This document shows positions 1 through 12,435 of a DNA stretch of 61,949 nt, piece by piece. The stretch's first letter is position 1. Every line of letters begins with the position of its first letter. This DNA comes from Vitrella brassicaformis CCMP3155 (taxonomy: Eukaryota > Protista > Chromerida): positions 1 to 61,949 of the forward strand of contig CDMY01000507.1 of the NCBI GenBank assembly GCA_001179505.1, read 5' to 3'. The notes under the pieces are model-generated. The model did no database searches and had not been told where the DNA came from. It saw only the letters and a program-made list of their open reading frames with translations. The position numbers and the translations under genes are program-made.

Positions 1-539
1 GGCTGCTCGTTGGCTTGTGCTGTCCGCCGCATCTTCCTCTACCCCTCCCAACTCATCCGGATGTCACCCGCCACTTTTTTCCTCCACCACCGTGCCCGGA
101 GCGAGGCCTCGCCTGGCGGTGCCCTGCCTTCTGTGGAACGCCTGGCGACTGCCTGGCGCCTGCCGAGTGCGCATGCACCTTCTTCTCGCACAAAACGCCT
201 CCATTTGGTGAGTACATGAGTGTGGCCTCGTGTGCCATGTGTCTTGGGTGAGGTGATGGAGTGGTGTCTGGATGATGTGCAGGGATGACTGCATGGCGCA
301 CTTCTTTGTTATTGGTGTGCGCCATCTCAGTGTGTGCAGATGAAGTGGTGATTTCTTCTTTTCGTTCCCGTCTCGTTTTCTCGACACATTTCTGGAAGGT
401 CAGTGAGTGCCTTACTCAATCTGGTGTTCACGTGCACGTCGGATTCCCTGTCTGCTGCTTTCCAGAAATGCAATTATTGGTCCGAAGAAAAAAGAAACAG
501 AGAAAGACAGATTTGATCGATTAAATCAATCCAGCGTTG

Positions 540-1660
540 TGTTCTGCGGCAGGATGGGAAGATTTTACTACGACGACAAACTCCTGACCGACGAGAAGAC
601 ATGCACATGGAGGGCATAATGGTCGAGTACTCACGTGAATCAGTCAGAAATTTGAAATTTTCTGTAAATAGAGAAACGAGCTGTGTTTTTACATAAAGCG
701 GGGCTTGTGAGTGAATGAGTAAGTCAGCCACTTCATTCGCGACGTCATCAAGGGCACTTCAGATTGTTCTGGACACTTGACATCTGTCCCTTTTGTCTTA
801 TCTTTCAGCTGAGCGAGAGTAGTTTTGTGGCGGCGTTGCCTCCAAGCATAATCCTGAAGGCCACTCAGGTGCGTAAGTACATAAGGGAGAAAAAAGAGAA
901 CAAAGCACAGACTTGTCTCATGTCTCCTCTGTGTTTCCTCTGTTTCACTACGCATACTTGGCCGCTTCGGCGGCCATCTATCGGCCTCAAGGTGCCTCTA
1001 TCGGCCTCAAGGTGCCGCACCGAATGGTAAGCTATGTGTGTACCATGTCTACTTCATTTACATACTGTGTTCTCTTCGTGGCTGCATTCCTTGCCTGTTT
1101 GTTATCTGCAGTTGGATACCCTGCGGCGGGTCGTCATCCACGCCGATGGGCACAGCAACACTAATGCGGTACGTACGGCGAGGAAGGAAGGAAGAAATAC
1201 CGATGAAACCAATCCAACGTTGTGTCTTGCATCAGGCGGGGAAGTCTTCACTACGACGACGGCCTCCTGAACAAGGAGAAGACATGCCCATGGGAGACAT
1301 AATGGTACTCGAGTACTCACGTGTGTCAGAAATTCAGAATGCTCGCTGATTCAGACTAATGCGAAGCTAATAGGCGGGTCAGCCACTTCATTCGTGACGT
1401 CATCAAGGGCTCTTCACATTGTGACGAACACTTGGCACCTGTCCCTTTGGTCTGGTCTTTCAGCTCAGCGAGAGAAGCTGGCGGCGCCGTTGGGCCCCAG
1501 CGTTGTCCTTATCCTGAAGGCCACTCAGGTGCGTAAGGAAGACAGAACAAAGAGGATAATGCACCATTTTGCTCATGTCTCCTCTATGTATGAATCATCT
1601 GTTTCTCTACGCCTACTTGGCTGCACCGGCGGCCGTTTATTGGTCGGATCCGCGGCGAAT
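540..1660 (+). repeat. Diverged tandem duplication (two units about 670 bp apart) carrying an exon YDDxLLxxEKTC(xW) and an exon ending ILKATQ|gtgcgtaag
   Basis: About 545-870 aligns by eye with about 1230-1530. The same frame reads GRFYYDDKLLTDEKTCTWRA* and GSLHYDDGLLNKEKTCPWET*. A third copy on the - strand near 41474-41530 reads GRFHYDDNLLANEKTCT*. Confidence 0.75.
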
Positions 1661-1912
1661 ATGGATGGCAACGAGCGGGAGCACCTCGTGGACGAGGTAC
1701 TCACTCACACCCACCCGACATTGGACGGATAGATGGATGGATGGATACGGATGGGTCTGTCTGTGTCAGGTGGTAGAGGACTGAGCGGGCACTCAAGGAC
1801 AGCTCGAAGGACGGCTGCAATGAGGACGAGCTCGTGGACTACGTCAAAGAAGGCTGCGGCCACAAGGAGCTGACCAGGAACACACGATGATATCACACAG
1901 AACGTCCACACA

Positions 1913-1947
<35 letters not shown>

Positions 1948-4153
1948 GATCTGATTGATACATGAGTGTGTCGTGTGTGCTGGCTATGTGCAGACCAGGG
2001 ACGGCTGCTACAGCGGTCCATCAAGGGATCAATCACCGCTGCCGAGGCCATCCGCCACACCATCAGCAGCAGTGACAGCAGCATCGGAAGGCAGCAGAAG
2101 GCAGCGGCAACAGCAGCCATACCGCCCCCCGACAGACAGAGGGCGCGTGAGGGGACGGACGACGAGGGCGGCACGGCATCCACCACCAGGTGCGTACAGA
2201 AGGCACGGCAACGCATTTGTTTCTTATGCGCATTGGTCTGTCTCCCTTCAGGCCGTCAGCAGGGCGGCGCTGGGCAAGAGGGTCAGCAGCCTCCTGGCAA
2301 CAGCCTTCGAGGTGATGGTCGTCGAGAAGGTCCTGTGCAGCAGCAGAATGGTGTCCGAAGGTGAGCACAGGACGGACACACGGACAACGAACAGCTCTCA
2401 CGATGCATGTACATACGTACCCTCTCACCTCCCCTCTTCCCTCCCTCTGTGTTGTCTGCCTTCTTTCAGGGTATAGTGAGTTGCGGGCTAGTGTCAATCG
2501 GTAGTACACGAGGGGCGATGAGGTCCGCAGCCGCCCCGCGCCTCGCGACTCTCCTGCCGGCCCACACGCCGATGGCCCACGGCGATTGCTGCACCAGCAG
2601 CCAACAGAGCCCGCCTCGCCATCCACTCACCCCCAGCCGTCGCGCCAGCAGCGAGAGGCCGACCAGCAGAAGGCCGACGAGGCGGGGGCTGAGGGGCAGA
2701 GAGGCGAGAAGGCCGACGAGGGTGCCCAGCCGTCTGGCGCAGCAGCAGATGGGTTGGACGGCATGGATGATGGTCGGGAGGACACACACGGGTGAGTGAG
2801 TGGACAGAAAGAAACACAATTATGTACATACGTGCCATCCATCCATCCATCTCTCTGTGAGTCAGACCAAGTCGCCAGTGCCACGCTCTGTTGTCGAGCC
2901 CTCGCCCAACAAGAACGCGCAGATGTCTTAAGACCACACCAACGAGGGGTTGGCCGCTCAGCTGCCGTGCGTGGTGCTGACGATGCCCGTGAGGGGGACA
3001 GAGGACGATGGGCTGCGGGGGACGGGGAGAGGGCCGCCTGATGAGGAGGGTGCCACCCACCGGACGGCTCCTTATGGTGAGAGAGAACCAGGGAAGGACG
3101 AGGGAGGGGTGGGGAGGGTGCTCGTGTGAGTGCATTCATTCGTTCATTGGTTCATTCGATGAATGGACGTGTCAGGTGTGTTGGCGCGTAAGTTGCTGCA
3201 GTGTCTCGAGGCGCAGCGGCTCAGGGACCTCGTGATCGGATTCAAGGTGAGGGGCGGCATGGCATGCTGGTGGCTTACTCTATTGATGCGTGTCTGCGTG
3301 TCTGTCGCTGTGTGTGTACGGAAGGGTATACGCATTTCTCCTGTGCTTGTTATGTTCGTGTGTCAGGCGTTGCTGCACGAGCCAGCCGATGTCACAGCGA
3401 CTCTCATCTCGTCCATCAAGGACATGGTGAGGGCTGACAGACACTTGGAAGGAAGGCGTTCAGTTCAGATCAATGCAATGCATTCTGTTGTGTGTATGCA
3501 TGGTGCAGGGGGCCTCGAGTCTGTCGTCCTTTGTCCCACTGTGGTTCGAGTGCATCAAGGGGCATGCCCTGCTCCTCCCTCCCCCTACCCCCACGCCGCC
3601 CCCCAAGCAGTGCCTCATCCTTCCGCCGCCCCGCTAACACTACCCCCTCGCCACATTCATGCGCGCCGTGAAAAAGGGCATCGTGCAGCGGCCAGACGGC
3701 CGCGAGTGGCACGCCGCCATCCGGCGCACCTTTGTCCTCGCCATCAGGCGTCGCAGGAGCGGGCAGCATAAGAAGAGGCTGGTGCGCAAGAAGAAGCCTG
3801 CCATCCGCGTCGAAGGTTTCGGAGCGAGTCCCTTCAGATATCGTTGTCTACATTTTATATTTGACGACTGATGACAACTTTGGATCGCGATGCCTTGTCC
3901 CAGCCATCTGCAAGGGGTATGTGTGTGAGCGCTCAAAGCCGACTGATCAACACGCCCCGTGTCTGTGTGTGCAGATGGATCGCTGTCTCCATTTTATATT
4001 TGTGGGCCTCTCCTACCCCATTGACGCCGGCTGGTGTGCATGGACCGCATAACGACATCCCGGCGGCCCCAAAGGTCAGTGAGTGAAGGATAAAGGAAGA
4101 GGCTCATGAACATTCGCTGATGTCTCTTCTCCGTCTGTTCCATTCTCTGTCAG

Positions 4154-4334
4154 AGGATGCGCGCCAAGCTGCCCGCCGAGTGGTACGCCAAGGCCGAGGA
4201 GGTCACCGACGTGCTGGACCACCACTGGCACACGCAAGACATCCCCGTGTGTGACGAGGTCTGCGAGGAGTTGATCCAGACCCGAAAGGCCGCTGTGGAC
4301 AAGTGGCTGACTGAGCAGACCAACCAGATGCCCG
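4154..4334 (+). CDS. Exon of a lineage-specific multi-copy protein family (RMRAKLPAEWYAKAEEVTDVLDHHWHTQDIPVCDEVCEELIQTRKAAVDKWLTEQTNQMP)
   Basis: Flanked by ctgtcag| and |gtgtgt, with codon-like GC3 bias. Near-identical copies lie at 9650-9864(+) and 35141-35321(-). No known domain recognised. Confidence 0.6.
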
Positions 4335-5926
4335 GTGTGTGTGGTGTGCGTGCAGACGGCAGGCGGCAGAGTTTCCAGTTCAGGTTCCGCCAGTTGGTCG
4401 ACATGGTGACATCGCTGCCCTCCGGGGAGCTGCCGTCGCGCGACTACCGGCGCATCCAGACCCAATCAACAGACTCATCAACATGTAAGCAGCCCACCAC
4501 GCGCCCGTAAGACACATATGCAGACGTGTGGGGTGACAAGGGGGCGTCACTGTCTGTCTGTCTGTCTGTGTGTGTGTGGGCAAAGTCAAGAGCGGCGGCA
4601 ATGTTGAGAAGAGGGAGAAGACCACGCTCAAGAACGTCATCCAGGTCTGTCTGCATCGCATCCGTCAATTAACACAACCAAAACACCCCCCACATCATAC
4701 GTGTGTGAACTCCTCCCTCCGTGTCATGTTATGGGTGTGGCCCATCCATCCATCCATCCATCAGATTGCCGGCTTCGCCCTGCCGGACGAGACCGTCGCC
4801 CCGCCGCCTGCAGCCGCAGCCAAGAAGCGCCCAACTCGCCATTCAGAACACCATTCAGAAGCGGCATCAGCAGCCTGTCCACCGACGGTGAGTGAGAACA
4901 CGCAGGGTGCGGAGAGGGACGAACGAAGTGCATTGGATGGCGAGAAATCGTCACTGCAAGCTGCATGTGGATGCCATTCTTATCGTTTCTTTGCATGCGT
5001 TCCCATGTGTCCTCTGGGCAGGCGATGATCGCCTATAAGCGACGAAGCCACGCCGCAGAGGACCGGTTCCTCGTCACGATACGCGACGGGAAGGAGCTAC
5101 CCCTCGCGAGAAGGGCCCAGCCCGCGAGAAGGGCAAGCCAAGCCCCACCGAGCCCTCCTCTGCCGCACAGACTCCCCTCTTCCCCCGAGCGTTACGCCAG
5201 AAGCAGGTCAACGACCCAGACCTTGCCATGCCTGCCGCCATACGATCGGTGGCCCCACACCTCCAGCAGCAGCAGCAGCCGGAGAAGGGCGCGCTGTCCA
5301 TCGCAGGAGCCCCATCGACATGCGTGGCGTGGCCCTCGTCGACGGGAGGAAGCTGCCCCTCGGGAGGGAGCTGGCGGATGCGGCGAGGGTGCTGCAGGGA
5401 GCCGCCGACGAGGACGTGCTGGCGGGGGGAGGGGGGGTCGGGGTGCAGGCGGCAAGCTTCAAGGTCGAGCTGGCGGGGCAGTTCGACGCCGTCATGCGGC
5501 GCGAGCTGGCCAAGCTCGGCCACATGCGCCGCTGCCCCGCCCCCGCCGGCCGATGATGGCGTTGGCGACCCGATCCATGATGCGATAGCTATCGGTGAGC
5601 GAACAGACTACACGCACCCACACACACACGTACGCACACTGGCAATGCTCTCTCTGGGGTGTGTGTGTCTATCTAGGTTTTGGCGGCCCTGCAGCTGCAG
5701 CCGGCTGGGCAACGCTGGCGACCAGCTGGTGCCATCGCCCGACGCCGGCGACGTTGGTGGGTAGGCAGGGCAGGCACCTCACAGGTCGATCGAGAAAGGC
5801 ACTCACTCCTCTGTCCGTTGTCCTTTCTTTCCGTCTTCCCGTCGTCCAGCAGCAGCCTATGGCCATGGGGGACGACGAAGACGAGCGACCACTGGCTCTC
5901 AGTCGCAAGCGCCGCCTACCCGAGCC

Positions 5927-6226
5927 NNNNNNNNNNNNNNNNNNNNNNNNNNNNNNNNNNNNNNNNNNNNNNNNNNNNNNNNNNNNNNNNNNNNNNNNNN
6001 NNNNNNNNNNNNNNNNNNNNNNNNNNNNNNNNNNNNNNNNNNNNNNNNNNNNNNNNNNNNNNNNNNNNNNNNNNNNNNNNNNNNNNNNNNNNNNNNNNNN
6101 NNNNNNNNNNNNNNNNNNNNNNNNNNNNNNNNNNNNNNNNNNNNNNNNNNNNNNNNNNNNNNNNNNNNNNNNNNNNNNNNNNNNNNNNNNNNNNNNNNNN
6201 NNNNNNNNNNNNNNNNNNNNNNNNNN
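5927..6226. other. Assembly gap (300 N). Identical-size gaps also at 19997-20296, 31980-32279, 36072-36371, 37640-37939 and 39171-39470
   Basis: All six runs are exactly 300 N, so they are placeholders and not true sizes. Confidence 0.98.
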
Positions 6227-6500
6227 TTGTCTTATCTTTCAGCTGAGCGAGAGTAGTTTTGTGGCGGCGTTGCCTCCAAGCATAATCCTGAAGGCCACTC
6301 AGGTGCGTAAGTACATAAGGGAGAAAAAAGAGAACAAAGCACAGACTTGTCTCATGTCTCCTCTGTGTTTCCTCTGTTTCACTACGCATACTTGGCCGCT
6401 TCGGCGGCCATCTATCGGCCTCAAGGTGCCGCACCGAATGGTAAGCTATGTGTGTACCATCTCTACTTCATTTACATACTGTGTTGTCTTCGTGGCTGCA

Positions 6501-6996
6501 GCACGCCATGGAGCAGTACTTGTCCAACAAGGATCACCCGCACGTGGCGCAGCTCTCTCTGCGAGGAGGTCATCGAGGTGCGGGAGGCCGCCGTCAAGAC
6601 ATGGCTCAAGAAGCAGACCCATCACATGCCTGCCAGGTGAATGAGAGGATCAACCCGCCACAGAAAGGCCTTCAAAACATGTGTGCCACACACACATACA
6701 TCTGTCGCACGTGTGTGTCTGCAGAGGCGGTCAAGGGGGCGTTTCGCGAGCTGCAGATGCTCGACCACATGCGCCGCAGCCCCGCCCTCACCTCAAAGCT
6801 GCCCTCGCCAGCCCCGGTCGACGCCCTCGACCACCTCACACGGTTGGTGGGCGGCAGGTTTCATGAGAGGCCGTGCGCCCTCATCTGCCGCCACCAGCTG
6901 CTGGAGGCGGTGCGGGAGCACATGGCCAGCGAGGCTGCCCCTCAACCCGCCCGCACCACCAGCTCAGGGTCGTGGCCGCCCTGCCGCGTCGTCTAA
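6501..6996 (+). pseudogene. Diverged paralog of the MRAKLPAEWY exon family with a frameshift (HAMEQYLSNKDHPHVAQL / CEEVIEVREAAVKTWLKKQTHHMPA), plus its next exon
   Basis: CEEVIEVREAAVKTWLKKQTHHMP aligns with CEELIQTRKAAVDKWLTEQTNQMP. The sequence cagctctctctgcgag carries 4 extra nt relative to an in-frame CAG CTC TGC GAG. Confidence 0.55.
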
Positions 6997-7710
6997 GCCC
7001 ATCCCGTGCTTATACCTGCCAGCCCCCCCTGCGACCGAGGCCGAGGAGGTCAGGAAGGAAGCGAACAGACGAGAAGGAGGGCGGCCTGGGGTTGCCGGGT
7101 GTGGAGCAGAGCGAGATGCAGGTGCACGGGGTCATCGAAGAGGCCCTCGAGGAGCTGGTGGAGCCCCCCATACACGAGGAGGAGGCCGCCCGAGAGGCCG
7201 CCATACCGGCACAGCCTGCCGTAGTCACGAGTGAGGTGGAGGTCAAGGTGGCCGCATTCGAGGAGGAGGCGCCGCCCATGCTGCTGCCACCAGCTGAGGG
7301 GGAGAGGGAGGGCGAGAGAGAGAGACCGACGAGAGAAGAGCAGAAACCCGCCCGACTCGTCCGTCGTCCGTCTCATATTTCGTCTTTTCTCAGCATTGTT
7401 GGCCTCTCCCCGCCATCGATGACGCCGTACAACCTCAACTCGACGGCCACGTAGAGCAGCGACACCGTACATGGTGAGACCTCACGCCCCCAACTGCACC
7501 AACGGCTTCCCCCAGGGCTACGGATCATATGAGGACCAGGTAATACTGCATGTGTGTATGTATGTGATGGGCGCCATGCCATTGTCTCTGTATGTGTGTG
7601 TGTGTCTGTGTACCTGCAGGGCGTCCGGGCCCCCCACTTCCGGAGGGGAGCAGTCAGACACACACAGACACTCACTCCGTGGCAGCATCCATGTGTGCTG
7701 TTGGTTCAGA

Positions 7711-8140
7711 CCAACGATGTTGAGTTCAAGAATTGTTACGACGGACGGACGACGGCCGAGCAGCGCCTCTTCGATCAGGCGTTGGTGAAGATAGACAAGG
7801 GGCGGTATAAGGCCGCGAAAAAGTTCTTCAGACAGAAGTGGAAGAAGGTGACTGACGGCACCGACCCAAACACGGCAACACAACCCGAATGCACGTGTGC
7901 GTGTGTGTGTGTGTGTGTGTGTGCAGGAGGAGCAGTCGTTAGAGGAACTCAGGGAGCACATCTGGCCGACCGAGGCCGACGATGCCGAGCTGCGCGCCCA
8001 GCACCAGCAGTGGCAGCAGTTGCCGGACAAGATAGAGGACGAGATAGAGGCCAAGACGACCCTCAACGACTACCTCATCACGCTCAAGACAGCAAACGTC
8101 AAGAAGCTCAAGAGACACATTGGCTACTCGGGGGAGGGCA
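7711..8140 (+). CDS. Two exons of a hypothetical helical domain (TNDVEFKNCYDGRTTAEQRLFDQALVKIDKG... / EEQSLEELREHIWPTEADDAELRAQHQQWQQ...KLKRHIGY), paralogous to the 3' end of the CBM20 gene
   Basis: GT-AG intron at about 7849-7926. The same exon pair, intron position and intron sequence occur at 27656-28092. Confidence 0.65.
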
Positions 8141-9649
8141 ACTTGTCAAGCTGCCGCCATCGTGCCGACTTCCGCGTGAAAAGGTGCGGAGGAAAGACCG
8201 AGGCGCGGCAATTTCTTAAGTCGTCCGCTTTGTGTCTCAATCGGGTGTGCGGCGATCCATCGCCGCCTACATTTTATATCTGTGGGTCCCTTGTTTTATA
8301 CCCGTCGTGTGCCTTACCCCGTCGTGTGCGCGCGGCGTGTAAGCAGTCTAAATATACAAATCAGGCCCCGTGATAGGGCCTCTTGTCTGTGTGTGCAGAT
8401 GGATCGCTGTCTACGTTTTATATTTGTGGGCCTCTCCTACCCCATTGACGCCGGCTGGTGTGCATGGACCGCATAATGACATCTCGGCGGCCCCAAAGGG
8501 CAGTCAGTGAAGGCCTAAATGCTAAAGGAAGAGGCTCATGAACATTCGCTGGTGTCTCTTCTCCGTCTGTTCCCTTCTCTGTCAGGTTCTTGACCTCAAG
8601 AGCTTGTACGAACTATGGCCGAGGGCGTTACACACTTACAGATGAGCAGCAATTGGCGGCTGTTGTTAACAGTGCGCACGCGTGTGGATGGAGTTTTCTC
8701 TGAGTTACCCCGCCACCAGCTCGCGCCAACCCACCCCACAGGTGATCGGTGCATGTTGGTGGCGAGCGGCTGGTGATGACCTGGCAGGTACTGTTTGCCG
8801 GATAGAGAGACGTCAATGTCAGACTGTTCTGCACTTCTGGCATTGTGTGCTCAGGTCGATTGCTGCTCTTGTACTCGTCAAGGCAACAGGGTCAAGCAAT
8901 CTAAGTCCTCTTCTGGGTCCGCGGAGGACTTCAAGGAGGTGCAGAGGACGACAAGGAAGGGCTGGGGCTGACACATGTGCCCATGGTGGCCGCACTGGAG
9001 TATCTCAAGTTGGCGGTATGTATGTCACACACACACCTCCCTCCCCGCACACCGCACCGATGGTTGCATGGCATGCATTGATCATTGATTGATTGATTGG
9101 TCTTGGTGTGGTGTGTGTGGATTGATTGCATTCAATCAACACATCAGGTTGATAGTGTGCAGCACCTCCATGGCATCCACTTTCTCAACAACGACCAGGA
9201 AGTCGACAACCGTAAGCCGCACACACACCCACTTACTGCACACACGCATCGCATCACCTGATGACACACACGAGAAATGCCATGCGTGTGTATCCGTATC
9301 GTATCTCCTTTCGTCCGTCCATCCATGTGTGTGTTCAGACCTGCTCCCCTTCACGGGCCCCATGCGCGTCCAGCAAAGGCGACGTCAGCCGCGCCGAGCC
9401 CTTCAACCCGCCCCCCGACGGCAACCGCCGGTTCGTAGGCCGCAAGGCCTCCATCCACGGCACCGTCATGTACTCGTCGGCGGCGCGGCCGAGGGGCGGC
9501 GAAGGCTCGCCCAGGTACACACATTCACACATACACACAATACACACACATATACACACATCCCCGTGGAGTGAGTGGACAACCATTCTGTCTGTCTGGC
9601 TGGCTGTCTGGCTGGCTGGCTGTCTGTCTGTGTGTCTGTCTGTCTGCAG

Positions 9650-10230
9650 CGATGACATCGAGGCGGCGCTCTGCACGGCCATGAGGATGCGCGCCAAGCT
9701 GCCCGCCGAGTGGTACGCCAAGGCCGAGGAGGTCACCGACGTGCTGGACCACCACTGGCACACGCAAGACATCCCCGTGTGTGACGAGGTCTGCGAGGAA
9801 ATGATCCAGACCCGACAGGCCGCTGTGGACAAGTGGCTGACCGAGCAGACCAACCAGATGCCCGGTGAGTGGCGACGGACGTCTGAAACACCCATCCATC
9901 CATCCATCCATCATGTGTGTGTGTAAGAGGGAGGCGAGCTGCGCGATGCCATGGATGTGCGGGGATCGACGCTCCGCATTGAGACTGGCTGTTCTCAGGA
10001 GGACGTCGACCGCATCGCGAGCATCCGTGCCGACCCTGCCCGCGCCCACATCATCAAGTCCGCCGAGGCCGACCCCGAGACCGAGGCCGACCTCCACCAC
10101 GTTGACATGTGTAGCGGGTTGCACAAGGTGCTGTACCTGCAGGGCGGGGAGGTGATGAACACCTATGTGACAGCGGCCCGGCACGAGATGCTGGAGGCCG
10201 CCCGCAGGGGGAAGGAGGGCGAGCCGGTGG
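9650..10230 (+). CDS. Exons of the lineage-specific family (MRAKLPAEWY exon followed by ...VLYLQGGEVMNTYVTAARHEMLEAARRGKEGE)
   Basis: Splice sites ctgcag| and |gtgagt. GGEVMNxYVxAARxExLEAARRGKEGE recurs at about 11691-11780. Confidence 0.55.
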
Positions 10231-10639
10231 GAGGAGAGCTCGACAGAGACACGACAATGTCAGATTGTCTTGCGTGTGTGGTGGTATTGTGTGCTTGTAG
10301 GTGCATTGCTGCTTACATTTTATATTATCAGTGAACTTGTCAATCTGCCTCCATCGTGCCGACGTTTGCCTGAGAAGGTGCCGGGAGAGACCGAGAGATA
10401 TCTTTCCTTTGTCATTGTGTCTCAATTTCATTTCAGGTGTGCCGGCGATCCATCGCCGCCTGCATTTTATATTCGCGAATTCCTTCATCCACCTCCACAT
10501 GTGCAGCCAGCAGCGTCATTCCTGGACTCCTTGGTTCGTCAGGGAGAGGCGGAAAGGCTGCAGCGCGTCAGCAGCGGCCAGCAGGCACGACACACATACA
10601 CACAGGCAGCACCAGCAGCAGGCAGCCAGCAGCAGCGGC

Positions 10640-10983
10640 ATGGAGGAGGACACGGACGACCAGCACTTCCAAGTGCTCGGTGTGAGTAGGGACGCCGACC
10701 TTGCCACCATCACGGCAGCATACCGACACCTGGGTAACCGACAGGGAAGTATGCATGCATTCTGTCATATCCATCCTTGGTCTCCCGCCTTGTTTTGTTG
10801 GTTTCGTCAGCGCTCCTCCGGCACCCGGACAAGCCTGGCGGCACCACGTGAGCAAGAGCAGGCACAGACACTCACGTGTCCTCACCTCGGTGGATCTATT
10901 TGATCAGGCAAGCGTTTCAGCAGCTGTTGAGGGTTCGCCGGGAGGAGCTGTTGTGGTGGCAGGAGGCCAACAACGACGAGCCG
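10640..10983 (+). CDS. J-domain (DnaJ/Hsp40-type) encoded by three small exons; the gene probably continues downstream
   Basis: Joining at ctgg|gtaacc...tcgtcag|cg and accac|gtgagc...gatcag|g gives MEEDTDDQHFQVLGVSRDADLATITAAYRHLALLRHPDKPGGTTQAFQQLLRVR. This has the canonical HPD motif and helix pattern of J-domains. Confidence 0.85.
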
Positions 10984-12435
10984 GTACGCACACGCACACA
11001 CACTGCCCGACGAGTGGGCCGTGCCGTGACGGGATGTATGTGTGTGAGGGGTCTTGAGAGAGAGAGAAAGAGAGGAGAGCGGAATCATGTGTTCACCATG
11101 TTCACCATGTTCACCATGGTGCATGCCTCGTACTACCTGGCTGTTTTGCATTTGTCGCCATTATGAGTTTCCGCCCAACGAGGGCCGTGAGTGTGATGAT
11201 GTGTCCGTCTGTGTGCGCGGGGTCTTTTTCGAGAAAGAAGCGCATGCAATCAATATACCCAGAGAGAGAGGGAGAGGGGGAGAGAGAGCCAATGGCGGTT
11301 TTAGTGGTTGAATGGTCTGCTTTAGTCAGTTTCTCGACACGTTTGTACGCGAATGAGAGGACAGAAGCGCAGCCCATCAGAAGGCGCGAGAGAAAACAGA
11401 GTAGCCCACTAGATGGCGTCGTGAGCACATTCCTTTGCGGCCATCCTCACACACACAGCACTACAGTAAGAACATGACACACACATACAGATACACAGAG
11501 AGGCCTGTGTCGTTTGTGTTCTCAGGCAGCCCGGTCCGCCACACAGTGGCAATGGTGGCGAGGTGTGCGCCACACCATACCAACCTCTCGACACTGCGTA
11601 AGAAGGGCTACCACACCCGCACCCCCACACCACACCAGCGCATGTGTGCCAGGGTCCATGTTCGTATGTGAATTAATTATCGTGTTCAGGATGGTGGGCG
11701 GGGAGGTGATGAACGGCTATGTGATAGCGGCCCGGTACGAGCTGCTGGAGGCCGCCCGCAGGGGGAAGGAGGGCGAGAAGGTGCAAGAGGGAGGGGGGGA
11801 GGACGAGGGCGAGCTGCTGGGCCACAGGCGCTCTCCCTCCCCCACTGCACATGCCCCGTCCCTCCCATGCCCACAACTGCCGCCCCCGCCGCTCCCGACT
11901 GACGAGCAGGAGGCCGACGAGCAGCAGCAGGAGCAGGGCACCGGGCAGGCCAAGATCAACCCGCCACAGAAGAAGCGCCTCAAAAGTCAGGTACTGTTTG
12001 TCTTTGGCAGAGACAGTGAGACACGACGATATCAGATTGTCTTGCGTATGTGGTGGTATTGTGTGCTTGTAGGTGCATTGCTGCTTACATTTTATATTAT
12101 CAGTGAACTTTTCAATCTGCCTCCATCGTGCCGACGTTTGCCTGAGAAGGTGCGGGGAGAGACCGAGAAATATCTTTCCTTTGTCATTGTGTCTCAATTT
12201 CATTTCAGGTGTGCCGGCGATCCATCGCCGCCTGCATTTTATATTCGCGAATTCCTTCGTCCGCCTCCACATGTGCAGCCAGCAGCCTCATTCCTGGCGC
12301 GAGAAGGTGTGAGGGAGGCGAGCTGCTCGATGCCATTGTTGATGACGATGTTGATGATGTCGAGGCCGAAGCAGCGAACAGAGAATTGTCACTCGCCGCC
12401 TACATGGCTCATGCACGGAACATGTGTGCCTTCGC

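Larger units (their letters stand above)
1..7060 (+). repeat. Left arm of a large imperfect inverted segmental duplication (partner about 34316-42110); mosaic of exons of a lineage-specific family
   Basis: Bases 1-30 are the reverse complement of about 42080-42110 (one mismatch). ORF translations are identical between arms, e.g. 5228..5588(+) vs 38705..39070(-), 6347..6640(+) vs 36401..36694(-), and 4157..4510(+) is near-identical to 34998..35318(-). Confidence 0.9.

Noticed and set aside
978-1017. Short tandem duplications (20 bp at 978-1017; 9 bp x3 at about 11088-11115; 21 bp x2 at about 33501-33543)
   Set aside because: These are ordinary slippage events. The first is absent from the paralogous copies and is useful only for ordering them.
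3838-12250. CRISPR-like repeat-spacer reading of the paired CATTTTATAT motif
   Set aside because: There are only pairs, the repeats are degenerate, the spacers of about 120 bp are themselves repeated, no cas or Fanzor/TnpB ORF is seen, and the context is eukaryotic.
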